This document shows, piece after piece, positions 11,597 through 21,613 of a stretch of 63,689 nt of DNA. Every line of letters starts with the position of its first letter. Positions within the stretch are counted from its first letter, which is position 1. Location of the stretch: assembly GCA_017511265.1 (NCBI GenBank), contig JAFWKV010000022.1, forward strand, positions 1 to 63,689. Reading direction: 5' to 3'. The position numbers and the translations under genes are program-made. The notes beneath the pieces were generated by a model that saw nothing but the letters and a program-made list of their open reading frames with translations, was not told the origin of the DNA and did no database searches. The DNA is from Clostridia bacterium. GTDB lineage: Bacteria; Bacillota; Clostridia; TANB77; CAG-508.

Positions 11597-12286
11597 TTGA
11601 AAAAATTAAATAAAAGGAAAATAATAATAGGAAGTATTTTAATAGTAACAGGCATAGTATTAACAATAATATTGCTTAAAAACAATGAAGTGGAAGCACT
11701 TTCAAAATATGGTTCAAGAGGAAGTGAAGTAAAAACTATACAAGATAAATTAAAAAGATGGGGATATTATAATGGTAGTGTAGACGGAATTTATGGTTCT
11801 AAAACAGTAGCAGCTGTAAAAAAATTTCAACAGAAAAACGGATTAACTGTAGATGGAATTGCAGGACCTAAGACCCTTGCAGCAATGGGAATAAATTCAA
11901 GTAGTTCAGGAAGCAGTGGTAGCTCTGGAAGTAATGCTTCTGATATTACACTACTTAGTAAGCTTATTTATGGAGAAGCAAGAGGAGAGCCATATACAGG
12001 ACAAGTTGCTGTTGGTGCTGTAATAATGAATAGAGTAAAAAGTAGTTCTTTTCCTAATACTATTGCTGGGGTAATATATCAACCTGGTGCATTTGATGCT
12101 GTTTCTGATGGACAAATTAATATGACTGCAAATAGTACTGCAAAAAAAGCTGCACAAGATGCAATGAATGGATGGGATCCTTCTTATGGAGCGATTTATT
12201 ATTTTAATCCGAGTACAGCAACTAATAAGTGGATTTGGTCAAGGCCTATGACTGTAACTATTGGAAAACACAGATTTTGCAAGTAA
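11597..12286 (+). CDS. sleB: spore cortex-lytic enzyme SleB-like (PG-binding + Hydrolase_2)
   Basis: PG_binding repeats (DGIYGSKT, VDGIAGPKT), GEARGEPYTGQVAVGAV, IGKHRFC; TTG start after AAGGTGA. Confidence 0.85.
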   Translation: MKKLNKRKIIIGSILIVTGIVLTIILLKNNEVEALSKYGSRGSEVKTIQDKLKRWGYYNGSVDGIYGSKTVAAVKKFQQKNGLTVDGIAGPKTLAAMGINSSSSGSSGSSGSNASDITLLSKLIYGEARGEPYTGQVAVGAVIMNRVKSSSFPNTIAGVIYQPGAFDAVSDGQINMTANSTAKKAAQDAMNGWDPSYGAIYYFNPSTATNKWIWSRPMTVTIGKHRFCK

Positions 12287-12334
12287 AACTAAATAAAAAA
12301 TAGTATAATTGCTTTTTTATAATGTTTATATAAA

Positions 12335-12493
12335 ATAACTTAAGGTTGATATTATAAATAAAGAAAATCTGCGTAAGCGACCAAACGAGCGAAGCGAGTG
12401 CGATTGGAGCAAGCTACAGACTAGTGATTTTTTAGTTCGTAGCTTGCGACACACAAAGATTTTCGTATTTATAATATCAACACTTAAGTTATA
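12335..12493. repeat. long-armed palindromic element between convergent genes
   Basis: ataacttaaggttgatattataaata...aaatct / agattt...tatttataatatcaacacttaagttat; inner gcaagctac/gtagcttgc stem; core cgagcgaagcgag. Confidence 0.85.
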
Positions 12494-12521
12494 ATGATAA
12501 TTTAGTAAAAAAGCAATTATA

Positions 12522-13259
12522 CTATTTTTTATTTAGTTCTACGGCACTTTCTAGTGCTAACTTAATCATATTGTTTAAGCCTTTTTCACGTTCTTCAGCA
12601 GTAGCTTGAACAGGCTTATCAGAATTTAAATCGACAACACTCATTAAGCAAGCAGCTTTTTTGTCAAGAACTTTAGCTGTATAAAATAAAGCAAAAGCTT
12701 CCATTTCTACACCTGATATTGTAAGCTCATTAGGAACTCTCTTTAAAAGTTCATTAGAACCAGTAGTGATATATGAATCAAAACAATCTGTACATAAAGT
12801 AGTACCATTTAATAATTTAATATTCATTTCATTTGAAGTAGCTGAAATTATATTATTTAGGTTTGAATCAGACTGTACTAGATGACAATCTTCATTATTC
12901 ATTGTTAAAGCAAAATTGCTTTCTGAATAAGTCTGCTCAGATAATATAATATCAAATAATTTTAAACTAGTGTCATAACCACCACATGAACCAATACGGA
13001 TTATATTTTCTACATTATAAAATTTATATAATTCATAACAATATATACCCATGCTAGGCATTCCCATCCCAGATGCCATAACTGTTAATTCAGTTCCTTT
13101 ATAAGTTCCTGTATAAGCATAGATATTTCTAACAGAATTTACTAATTTATAGTTGTCCAAAAAATTTTCTGCAATATATTTTGCTCGCAATGGGTCACCT
13201 GGCATAATTACAGTTCTTGAAATATCTCCCAAATTTGCTTGATTGTGAGGAGTAGACAT
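12522..13259 (-). CDS. deoD: purine nucleoside phosphorylase DeoD-type
   Basis: MSTPHN, PGDPLRAKYIAE, GMGMPS, IRIGSCG, VEMEA motifs. Confidence 0.93.
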   Translation of the reverse strand: MSTPHNQANLGDISRTVIMPGDPLRAKYIAENFLDNYKLVNSVRNIYAYTGTYKGTELTVMASGMGMPSMGIYCYELYKFYNVENIIRIGSCGGYDTSLKLFDIILSEQTYSESNFALTMNNEDCHLVQSDSNLNNIISATSNEMNIKLLNGTTLCTDCFDSYITTGSNELLKRVPNELTISGVEMEAFALFYTAKVLDKKAACLMSVVDLNSDKPVQATAEEREKGLNNMIKLALESAVELNKK

Positions 13260-13278
13260 AACAACCATTCCTTTCATT

Positions 13279-14094
13279 TTAATTACATCTGTAAAATGTG
13301 TAATTAGTATTATTTTTTAATAAAACTTTTCCATCATATATAGAAGCACCATCCTGTGATTCTAAAGGTATTTCAAAGTAAATAGGACATACAAATTGCT
13401 GATCTAAATTATTTGTAATATGTATATCAAAAGATACAGAACTTGCAATTGAACTTAAGGTTACAGCACATCTTTTTAATAGTGAACCATCATATGCAAT
13501 TTGACTAAATGCGTCTGGCAATGTGTAATCAATTTTTATATTATTATTTACATAGCCTAAAGTAAGTGGATTGGCACAATTATTAAATAAAGTTGGAGTA
13601 GTTAAATCATTAGTATCTTCAGATGAGATATTAAAATGTAAATCATTTTCAATTTTGTTTTCTTCTATATGCTTTGAAGTGGCAAAGTCATTTAAACTTT
13701 TGTAATATAAGTTTGGTGTTCCAGCTTCAGGCTTTTTTACAAAGTTTATATTATCTATATATACATCTTTTAGAGTGTTTTTATATGTTAACTCTTCTTG
13801 CACTGGCCTTAAAAATATTGCTATATCGGTATATTGATACAAATTATGTATGTTTAGAGTAGAGTTTTGCATTACTTCTGCATTGCTATCAGCACTGCTA
13901 AATAGTGTGATATCATTTATTGTGAATATCTTTTCTTCATTTTTATTTGCTATTTCAAGTATTTGCTTTTCAAAGTTGCTTTTATTAATATAACCTCTAG
14001 ATACGGTATAGCTTAAAAATGTAAAAATCAATACCAATATGGCTAGTACAAATATGCGCTTTATTTCTGGTAATGGCGTAATCTTTTTATCCAT
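13279..14094 (-). CDS. hypothetical membrane-anchored protein
   Basis: 271-aa ORF, GGAGG SD, single N-terminal TM. Confidence 0.75.
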   Translation of the reverse strand: MDKKITPLPEIKRIFVLAILVLIFTFLSYTVSRGYINKSNFEKQILEIANKNEEKIFTINDITLFSSADSNAEVMQNSTLNIHNLYQYTDIAIFLRPVQEELTYKNTLKDVYIDNINFVKKPEAGTPNLYYKSLNDFATSKHIEENKIENDLHFNISSEDTNDLTTPTLFNNCANPLTLGYVNNNIKIDYTLPDAFSQIAYDGSLLKRCAVTLSSIASSVSFDIHITNNLDQQFVCPIYFEIPLESQDGASIYDGKVLLKNNTNYTFYRCN

Positions 14095-14219
14095 TTTTTC
14101 CTCCTATGTAATACATATATTATATTATTATATTTTATTAATTAAATCAAGCATATATACTTGATTTTTTTAAGATTTTGAAATAAAATATAAACAATGT
14201 AAAAGCAAGGAGAGTAGAA

Positions 14220-15464
14220 ATGTTAATAGAACAAATAATATTTGCAGTAATAGCTTTGAGTCTACTTGTAATGATAGTTATGAAGATGATAAAAAATAAT
14301 GACAAAAGTTATATTGCAATAATAATTATATCCATAATTGGAATTTTAATTGATTGTATTGAACTTATATTTAATATTCAAATGCCTATAATACTTATAA
14401 TTATAAGGTATGTGCTTTCTATAGTGATACCTATAGTATTAATTGGGATTGAAAAAAGAGGGACATGCTTTCTAGAATTGAAAAATATATTTAAAGCAAA
14501 ATTTTATTTACATATAGGAAATACTAAAGCTGCAAAAGATGCTTTAATTGTAATAACAAATAAATATCAAAATAATTATTCTGCACATAAAATGCTAGCT
14601 GAAATTTACGAATTAGAAGGCGGGATGAGAAAAGCAATAGATGAATATGTACAAGCTATAGACATAAATAAAAAAGACTATGACTCTTATTATCAAATTG
14701 CAAACCTGTTAACACAATTTGATAAAAAAGAAGAAGCACAAGAAATGTTGACAAATTTATTACAAAAAAAACCAGATTATAGCAAAGCCACAGAATTATT
14801 AGGAGAACTATTAATAGAAAAAGAATTATATAAAGAAGCGGTAAGTGTATATACAGAAGGTTTAAAATATAATCCAACTAGTTTTGATTTAAACTATAAT
14901 CTAGGTATAGCATTTACAATGTTAAATGATTTTCAAAGTGCAAAGTTATATTATGAAAAAGCTGCAGAGTTTAATTCACTTGCCTATAACACAAAATATA
15001 GTTTAGCTGAAATTGCAATGATTTTTAAAGAACTTGATGAGGCTGAAAAATATTTTTTAGAAGTGCTTGAAGAAGAAAATAGCGAATTAGAGGCTGATAC
15101 CTACTATGAACTTGCAAAAATTAATATTATAAAAGGAGAAAAAGAAAAGGCGATATATTATGCAAACATTGCAATAGAAGTTGATGCAAGAAAAATTGTT
15201 CAAAAAATAAAAAATGAAGATGTATTTATACCTATAATTGCAAAAATTAATATACCATTTAATTTAGATGCTCTTAATGATAATGAGAAAAAAGCAAAAT
15301 TAACGCCAAAAGATATTATGGCTAAAGAACACTTGGAGGAAATGGTTGATAAAACTAGAAAACTAGGATATAGTGACATTGAAATTTTAAATAGAAATAA
15401 AAAAAGAGAACAAAATGAATTAGAAAGTGATGAATTCATAGAAAACAAAGAAAGGGATACATAA
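14220..15464 (+). CDS. membrane-anchored tetratricopeptide-repeat protein
   Basis: Three N-terminal TM helices, then repeated A..Y..A...P/N TPR pattern. Confidence 0.85.
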   Translation: MLIEQIIFAVIALSLLVMIVMKMIKNNDKSYIAIIIISIIGILIDCIELIFNIQMPIILIIIRYVLSIVIPIVLIGIEKRGTCFLELKNIFKAKFYLHIGNTKAAKDALIVITNKYQNNYSAHKMLAEIYELEGGMRKAIDEYVQAIDINKKDYDSYYQIANLLTQFDKKEEAQEMLTNLLQKKPDYSKATELLGELLIEKELYKEAVSVYTEGLKYNPTSFDLNYNLGIAFTMLNDFQSAKLYYEKAAEFNSLAYNTKYSLAEIAMIFKELDEAEKYFLEVLEEENSELEADTYYELAKINIIKGEKEKAIYYANIAIEVDARKIVQKIKNEDVFIPIIAKINIPFNLDALNDNEKKAKLTPKDIMAKEHLEEMVDKTRKLGYSDIEILNRNKKREQNELESDEFIENKERDT

Positions 15465-16798
15465 TGAAAAGAATAAAAGAAAAGCATCTAAAAATAATAT
15501 ACATTATTCTAATAACGAGTATTGCAATTGCCTTTGCAATACTTATGCCAATAAATTCAGGTCCTGACGAAATTATGAAAATGGATATTTGCAAATTTAT
15601 TGCAGAGCACAACAGTTTGCCACACGGAGGAGAAGATGCAGTACGAGACGCAACATGGGGAATTTCGTATGGATTTACGCCAATTCTTTCATATATTATT
15701 GGTGGAATATTTATGAAGATAACAGGAATATTTACTCAAGATATTCATGCTTTATATGTTTCAGCGCGTTTGGTTAGTTGTATATGTTATTCTATAATGG
15801 GAATATTTGTTATAAAAATTGGAGACAAACTTTTCAAAAATAAATACTGTAAATGGATATTTATTACATTTACTACAATGCTTCCACAAGTATTATTTTT
15901 AGGTTCATACATAAATAATGATGCCTTAGCGTTAATGTCAATAGCAATTATAGTATATGCTTGGATATTAGGGCTAGAGAGTAAATGGAGTATAAAATCG
16001 TCTATTACTTTAGCAATTGGAATTGGATTATGTGCATTATCATATTACAATGCTTATGGTTACATATTAACAAGCATGATAATTTTCGTAGTTTATTATG
16101 CAGTAAATAAAATAAACTATAAAGAATTTTTAAAAAAAGGAATATTAATTTCATTTATAACACTTGCAATATGTGGGTGGTGGTTTGTAAGAAGCTATAT
16201 TATATATAATGGTGACATTTTAGGAATGAGAACAACTGACGAATATGCTGAAAAATATGCAATAGAAGAATTAAAACCATCAAATAGATCAACTCCACAA
16301 AATACTGGGATGAGTTTATATACAATGTTAATAAAAGAAAAATGGATATATATGACATTAAAGAGCTTTATCGCTGTATTTGGTGGAATGGAAATAGGTA
16401 TGCCAACATATATATATGCACTATTTTTATTAGCATTTTTAATAGGATTCATAAGCTATGCAATTAAATTCTTCAAAAAAGGACACTTTAAAAATATGGA
16501 TACAAACAAAAAAATATTAGAATTTGCATTTATATTCAATATATTTCTTCCAATAGGATTAAGTTTTTACTATTCATATTTTAGTGATTTTCAGCCACAA
16601 GGAAGATACATAATGCCTATGTTAATTCCATTTATGTGTTTTATAACATTAGGAATATCAAATGCTATAGAAAAATATATAAAACAAGATAAAACAAAAA
16701 GAATAATACAAATAATAATAGCAATTATGCCTGTAATGCTAACAATAAACTGTGTTATTCATTCAATACTTTATTATGCAAGTATAAAAGGAGAGTAA
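15464..16798 (+). CDS. polytopic GT-C-like (ArnT/PMT/DUF2142-type) membrane glycosyltransferase
   Basis: PDE motif in first external loop, YINND, QPQGRY; about 10 TM helices. Confidence 0.65.
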   Translation: MKRIKEKHLKIIYIILITSIAIAFAILMPINSGPDEIMKMDICKFIAEHNSLPHGGEDAVRDATWGISYGFTPILSYIIGGIFMKITGIFTQDIHALYVSARLVSCICYSIMGIFVIKIGDKLFKNKYCKWIFITFTTMLPQVLFLGSYINNDALALMSIAIIVYAWILGLESKWSIKSSITLAIGIGLCALSYYNAYGYILTSMIIFVVYYAVNKINYKEFLKKGILISFITLAICGWWFVRSYIIYNGDILGMRTTDEYAEKYAIEELKPSNRSTPQNTGMSLYTMLIKEKWIYMTLKSFIAVFGGMEIGMPTYIYALFLLAFLIGFISYAIKFFKKGHFKNMDTNKKILEFAFIFNIFLPIGLSFYYSYFSDFQPQGRYIMPMLIPFMCFITLGISNAIEKYIKQDKTKRIIQIIIAIMPVMLTINCVIHSILYYASIKGE

Positions 16799-16800
16799 AT

Positions 16801-17928
16801 ATGATAGGATTTAATGTACCACCAGTAATAGGAACAGAAGAAAAATATGTAAAAGAAGCAATAGCAAGCCACAAGATTTGTGGAGATGGAGAATTTACAA
16901 AAAAATGCAGTAAATGGATGAAAAATAAGTTTAATGCAAAAGAAGTATTACTTACAACTTCATGTAGCTCTGCTCTTGAAATGGCAGCTCTTTTATCTGA
17001 CATACAACCAGGGGACGAAGTAATAATGCCTGCATATACTTTTGTATCTACAGCAAATGCTTTTGTATTAAGAGGAGCAAAAATTGTATTTGTTGACATT
17101 AGACCAGACACGATGAATATAGATGAAAAATTAATAGAAGCTGCTATAACAGATAAAACAAAAGCAATTGTACCAGTCCACTATGCTGGTGTAAGCTGTG
17201 AGATGGATACAATTATGGATATTGCTAAAAGACATAATTTAAAAGTTATAGAAGATGCAGCACAAGGAGTTATGGCAAAATATAAAGACAAGTATTTAGG
17301 AACAATAGGAGATATTGGATGTTATAGCTTTCACGAAACTAAAAATTATAGCATGGGTGAAGGTGGTGCAGTAGTTTTTAAAAATAATGATTATACTGAA
17401 CTTGCAGAAATAATTAGAGAAAAGGGAACAAATAGAAGCAAATTTTATAGAGGAGAAATAGATAAATATACATGGGTTGAATATGGCTCATCATATTTGC
17501 CTAGTGATATTAATGCAGCATATTTGTGGGCAGAACTTGAAAAAGCAGATGAAATTAATAATAATAGATTAGCAACTTGGAGTTTTTATAATGACAATTT
17601 GAAGGAGCTTGAAGATAAAGGATATATTGAAAGACAATTTATTCCTAAAGAATGTACACATAATGCTCATATGTATTATATAAAGACTAAAGATTTGGAT
17701 GAGAGAACAAATTTAATTAAGTTTTTAAAAGAGCATGGTGTACAGGCTGTATTCCATTATGTACCTTTACATACTGCTCCAGCAGGAATAAAGTATGCCA
17801 GATTCTTTGGTGAAGATAAGTATACAACCAAGGAAAGTGAGAGATTACTTCGATTACCTATGTACTATGGATTAAAGCAAGAGGATAAGGAAAAAGTTGT
17901 TGAGTTAGTTAAGAGTTTTTATATGTGA
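16801..17928 (+). CDS. wecE: dTDP-4-amino-4,6-dideoxygalactose transaminase (DegT/DnrJ family)
   Basis: ICGDGEFT, TFVSTANAF, EDAAQG, SFHETKN, REKGTNRS motifs. Confidence 0.88.
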   Translation: MIGFNVPPVIGTEEKYVKEAIASHKICGDGEFTKKCSKWMKNKFNAKEVLLTTSCSSALEMAALLSDIQPGDEVIMPAYTFVSTANAFVLRGAKIVFVDIRPDTMNIDEKLIEAAITDKTKAIVPVHYAGVSCEMDTIMDIAKRHNLKVIEDAAQGVMAKYKDKYLGTIGDIGCYSFHETKNYSMGEGGAVVFKNNDYTELAEIIREKGTNRSKFYRGEIDKYTWVEYGSSYLPSDINAAYLWAELEKADEINNNRLATWSFYNDNLKELEDKGYIERQFIPKECTHNAHMYYIKTKDLDERTNLIKFLKEHGVQAVFHYVPLHTAPAGIKYARFFGEDKYTTKESERLLRLPMYYGLKQEDKEKVVELVKSFYM

Positions 17929-17934
17929 TACTTT

Positions 17935-18008
17935 GGGGACGGAGAAAAAAGTATCACTTGAGGAGAAAGAAAAATGAAGTTGTCAATTAGAACCGTCCCC
18001 ATTGACAA
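17935..18008. repeat. degenerate REP-family copy
   Basis: ggggacgg at 17935 and ttgtcaat-tagaaccgtcccc-attgacaa at about 17990-18008. Confidence 0.65.
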
Positions 18009-18025
18009 TTTCAAGGAGGCAAGTG

Positions 18026-19171
18026 GTGAAAAAGCTAGCAATAATTGGAGCAAATGATTTTCAAAATCCTTTAATTCTAAAAGCAAAAGAATTAGGTTAT
18101 GAAACCCATGTATTTGCTTGGAAAGATGGAAGTATTGGAGAAAAAACGGCAGACTATTTCTATCCAATAAGCATTGTTGAGAAAGAACAAATTTTAGAAC
18201 AATGCAGAAAAATAGGAATAGATGGAATTACAACAATTGCATCAGATTTAGCAACTGTTACAGTAAACTATGTTGCAAAAGAAATGGATTTACCAGGGAA
18301 TAGCTTGGAATGTAATAAAAAGTCAACAAATAAATATGAGATGAGAAAAGCCTTTAGAGATGCAGGAGTTCAAACATTAAAATTTCAAAAGGTACAATCC
18401 ATAAATGACATAGATAAATTAGAAAATATGGAATATCCACTTATAGTTAAACCTACAGATAGATCTGGAAGTAGAGCCATAACAAAGGTTTATGGTAAAA
18501 CTGAATTACAAGAGGCCATAAATAAAGCCTTAGAGAATTCATTTGAAAAAGGAGCAATTGTAGAAGAATACATTGAAGGACAAGAATACAGTGCTGAAGG
18601 AATAACATATAATGGTAAGCATAAATTTTTAGCTATAACAAAAAAAGCAACAACTGGAGCACCACATTTTATAGAGACTGGACATATTGAACCAGCAGGA
18701 TTGAGCAATGAATTGGAGCAAAAGGTATATAAAGAACTAGAAAAAGCATTAACAGCATTGGAAATTACCAACAGTGCAACACACTCTGAATTTAAAATAA
18801 ATAACAAAGGTGAAGTAAAAATAATTGAAATAGGTGCACGTATGGGAGGAGACTGCATAGGCTCAGATTTAGTACAAATATCAACTGGCTATGATTTTAT
18901 AAAAATGGTTATAGATGTAGCTGTTGGAAATGAGCCAGTATTTGAAAAAATAACGCAACCTAAAGTAGCTTCTATAAAGTTCATTTTTAATGAAAAAGAT
19001 ATGCAAGATTTTGAGAAAATTCAAAGAAAAATGCCAGACATAATATACAGAACAAGTAAAATAGAACCAATAGGAACACGAAAAGTAGTTGATAGCTCAA
19101 CAAGATTTGGCTTTTATATAATGGCAACTGATACTGTAGATGAAATAAGGTGGTTATTTAATAATGAATGA
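18026..19171 (+). CDS. ATP-grasp domain protein
   Basis: NKYEMR, VKPTDRSGSRAI, EEYIEGQEYS, IEIGARMGG; GTG start after AAGGAGG. Confidence 0.88.
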   Translation: MKKLAIIGANDFQNPLILKAKELGYETHVFAWKDGSIGEKTADYFYPISIVEKEQILEQCRKIGIDGITTIASDLATVTVNYVAKEMDLPGNSLECNKKSTNKYEMRKAFRDAGVQTLKFQKVQSINDIDKLENMEYPLIVKPTDRSGSRAITKVYGKTELQEAINKALENSFEKGAIVEEYIEGQEYSAEGITYNGKHKFLAITKKATTGAPHFIETGHIEPAGLSNELEQKVYKELEKALTALEITNSATHSEFKINNKGEVKIIEIGARMGGDCIGSDLVQISTGYDFIKMVIDVAVGNEPVFEKITQPKVASIKFIFNEKDMQDFEKIQRKMPDIIYRTSKIEPIGTRKVVDSSTRFGFYIMATDTVDEIRWLFNNE

Positions 19172-19556
19172 AGAAAACAATGTAGTAAAGCAAAAAACGA
19201 CTGAAAGAAAAAGTAAAAAAAATTTAGTAAAAAATATTATAATTTTACAAGCAATAATTTTAGTATATACATTAGCATCAGTTGCAGCAAAATTTGCATC
19301 AGGTGAAGAATTTTTAAGTTTTAAATTTATAGTGTTTTATGGTTTAGAAATTTTTATACTTGGAGTTTATGCAATTTTGTGGCAACAGATTATAAAAAAA
19401 TTTGAAATCTCCATTGCTTATGCGAACAGGGCAATGGCGCTTCTTTGGTCACTTGTATGGGCTGTTGTGTTTTTCCATGAGACAATAACAATAAAAAATG
19501 TAATAGGAGTAATAATTGTTGTTATAGGCACAATTATAGTAAATAGTGATGAATAG
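19164..19556 (+). CDS. EamA/SMR-type small transporter (ArnE/F-like)
   Basis: Four TM helices, YAILWQQIIK, ISIAY motif. Confidence 0.75.
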   Translation: MNEENNVVKQKTTERKSKKNLVKNIIILQAIILVYTLASVAAKFASGEEFLSFKFIVFYGLEIFILGVYAILWQQIIKKFEISIAYANRAMALLWSLVWAVVFFHETITIKNVIGVIIVVIGTIIVNSDE

Positions 19557-19881
19557 TTATTTAATATTAATATTTTCTGTTTTAATTTCTACCTGTTCGC
19601 AAATATTACTGAAAAAGGCAAGTAACATTGAATATAGTACAAAAATAAGAGAATATTTAAATTGGAGAGTAATTGTAGGCTATATAATAATGGTAATTTC
19701 TACAATTCTAACTATTATAGCATTTAAAGGCTTAGACTATAAAAATGGACCAATCATTGAGTCTTTGGGATATGTGTTTATTTTATTTTTAGGTAAATGG
19801 TTTTTACAAGAAAAAATCACAAAGAAAAAAATTATAGGCAACGGATTGATTTTATTTGGAATTCTTGTGTTTTATATATAA
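19546..19881 (+). CDS. EamA/SMR-type small transporter (ArnE/F-like), partner subunit
   Basis: Four TM helices, SQILLKK, FLQEKIT motif; overlaps preceding paralog. Confidence 0.75.
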   Translation: MMNSYLILIFSVLISTCSQILLKKASNIEYSTKIREYLNWRVIVGYIIMVISTILTIIAFKGLDYKNGPIIESLGYVFILFLGKWFLQEKITKKKIIGNGLILFGILVFYI

Positions 19882-19914
19882 TTACAACTATTAATATATA
19901 AAATTTTGAAATAA

Positions 19915-19974
19915 GAAGACGGGTAGAGGCGACCCTAGCTATGTTTTGATGCGAAGCATCAAGACCCAGTCTTC
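19915..19974. repeat. small structured intergenic element with GCGAAGC-capped hairpin
   Basis: gaagac...gtcttc outer stem enclosing ttgatgc-gaa-gcatcaa. Confidence 0.5.
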
Positions 19975-20037
19975 ACAATAAAAAATTTCTATATATTAAT
20001 AGTTAAAATAAAAAAATAAAAGAAAGGAAGAGCGTGT

Positions 20038-20934
20038 ATGAAAGACAAAGTTAAAGTATTTTTTACAAAGGAGATAACTCCAGAAAGTTTAGTGAAAATT
20101 TATGAAGCTGTTGGAAAAGAACTTCCAGGAAATGTAGGTGTAAAAATTTCAACAGGAGAACCAGGAGGGCATAATTACTTAAAACCAGAGTTAATAAAAG
20201 ATATAGTAAACAAATTAAACGGAACAATAGTAGAAAATTGTACAGCATATGGAGGTAAAAGACAAAAATTAGAAGACCATTTAAAATGTGTTGAAGACCA
20301 TGGATTCACTAAAATTGCAAAAGTGGACATATTAGATAGTGAAGGAGAATTTTCAATTCCAACAATAGAAGGAAGTAAACACCTAAAAGAAGATATAGTA
20401 GGTTCACATTTAGAAAACTATGATTCAATATTAATGCTTTCACACTTTAAAGGACATGCAATGGGTGGATTTGGTGGAGCATTAAAGAATATGTCAATTG
20501 GTGTTGCTTCAACAAAAGGAAAGCTAAATATACACTCAGCAGGAGCTGAAAATCAAGAACAAGCTCACGTATGGTCACATTTACCAGCACAAGATGACTT
20601 CTTAGAATCAATGGCAGAAGCATGTAGTGCTGTAATGAAATATTATGATGATAAAGGTGGCATTGTCTATATAAATGTAATAAATAATTTATCAGTAGAC
20701 TGTGACTGTGACTCAAACCCAGAAGAACCATGTATGCAAGATATAGGAATAGTAGCATCGCTAGATCCAGTTGCAATTGATAGAGCATCTTTAGACTTAA
20801 TTTACAAATCACAAGATCCAGGAAGAGAACATTTCTTAGAAAGAGTTGAAACAAGACATGGAGCACATACAATTGAACACGCTGTAACATTAGGGCTAGG
20901 TACGACTTTCTATGAATTAGTGAATTTAGATTAA
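20038..20934 (+). CDS. DUF362 family Fe-S protein
   Basis: KISTGEPG, NCTAYGGKR, SHFKGHAMGGFGGALKNMSIG, DCDC, DPVAID. Confidence 0.85.
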   Translation: MKDKVKVFFTKEITPESLVKIYEAVGKELPGNVGVKISTGEPGGHNYLKPELIKDIVNKLNGTIVENCTAYGGKRQKLEDHLKCVEDHGFTKIAKVDILDSEGEFSIPTIEGSKHLKEDIVGSHLENYDSILMLSHFKGHAMGGFGGALKNMSIGVASTKGKLNIHSAGAENQEQAHVWSHLPAQDDFLESMAEACSAVMKYYDDKGGIVYINVINNLSVDCDCDSNPEEPCMQDIGIVASLDPVAIDRASLDLIYKSQDPGREHFLERVETRHGAHTIEHAVTLGLGTTFYELVNLD

Positions 20935-20964
20935 ACCGTCCCAATTGACAACCCGTCCCCAAAA
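20935..20964. repeat. degenerate REP-family copy
   Basis: ccgtcccaattgacaacccgtccccaaaa right after the stop codon. Confidence 0.6.
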
Positions 20965-20991
20965 TATCAATAAATAAAGGAGGTATTTATA

Positions 20992-21531
20992 ATGTCAATT
21001 TATGATTACACAGTAAAAAATAGAAAAGGAGAAGATATTTCTATTTCAGAATTTAAGGAAAAGGTGTTACTAATAGTAAATACAGCCACAGGTTGTGGAT
21101 TTACGCCACAATATGAAGGTTTAGAAAAATTATACAAAGAATATCATGACAAAGGTCTAGAAATATTAGATTTTCCATGTAACCAATTTGGAAATCAAGC
21201 ACCAGGAAGTGATGATGAAATACACGAATTTTGTACATTAAAATATAATACAACATTTGATCAATTTGCTAAAATAGATGTAAATGGAGAAAATGAATCA
21301 CCATTATTTACTTTTTTAAAAAAAGAAGCACCAGCTGAAGAAGTTTCAGGATTAAAAAACAAAATGGCTATGAAAGCAATTGAAAAAATAAGTACTACAG
21401 CTAAAAATGAAAATGATGTAAAATGGAACTTTACAAAATTTTTAGTTGATAAAGAAGGAAAAGTTGTAGGAAGATTTGCACCAACAGATACACCTGAAAA
21501 AATTGAAGAATCAATCAAAGAATTGCTATAA
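20992..21531 (+). CDS. glutathione peroxidase family protein (Cys type)
   Basis: NTATGCG, FPCNQF, WNFTKF motifs. Confidence 0.95.
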   Translation: MSIYDYTVKNRKGEDISISEFKEKVLLIVNTATGCGFTPQYEGLEKLYKEYHDKGLEILDFPCNQFGNQAPGSDDEIHEFCTLKYNTTFDQFAKIDVNGENESPLFTFLKKEAPAEEVSGLKNKMAMKAIEKISTTAKNENDVKWNFTKFLVDKEGKVVGRFAPTDTPEKIEESIKELL

Positions 21532-21542
21532 TTAAAGTAAGT

Positions 21543-21577
21543 CAAAGGTATGCAATCAATTTATTGCATACTTTTTG
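21543..21577 (+). terminator. rho-independent terminator
   Basis: caaaggtatgcaat...attgcatactttttg. Confidence 0.65.
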
Positions 21578-21613
21578 CCTTTGGGCTATCATATTACCAT
21601 AAAGAGGTGAAAA

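Noticed and set aside
20992-21531. Selenocysteine glutathione peroxidase
   Set aside because: The active-site codon is TGT (Cys); no in-frame TGA.
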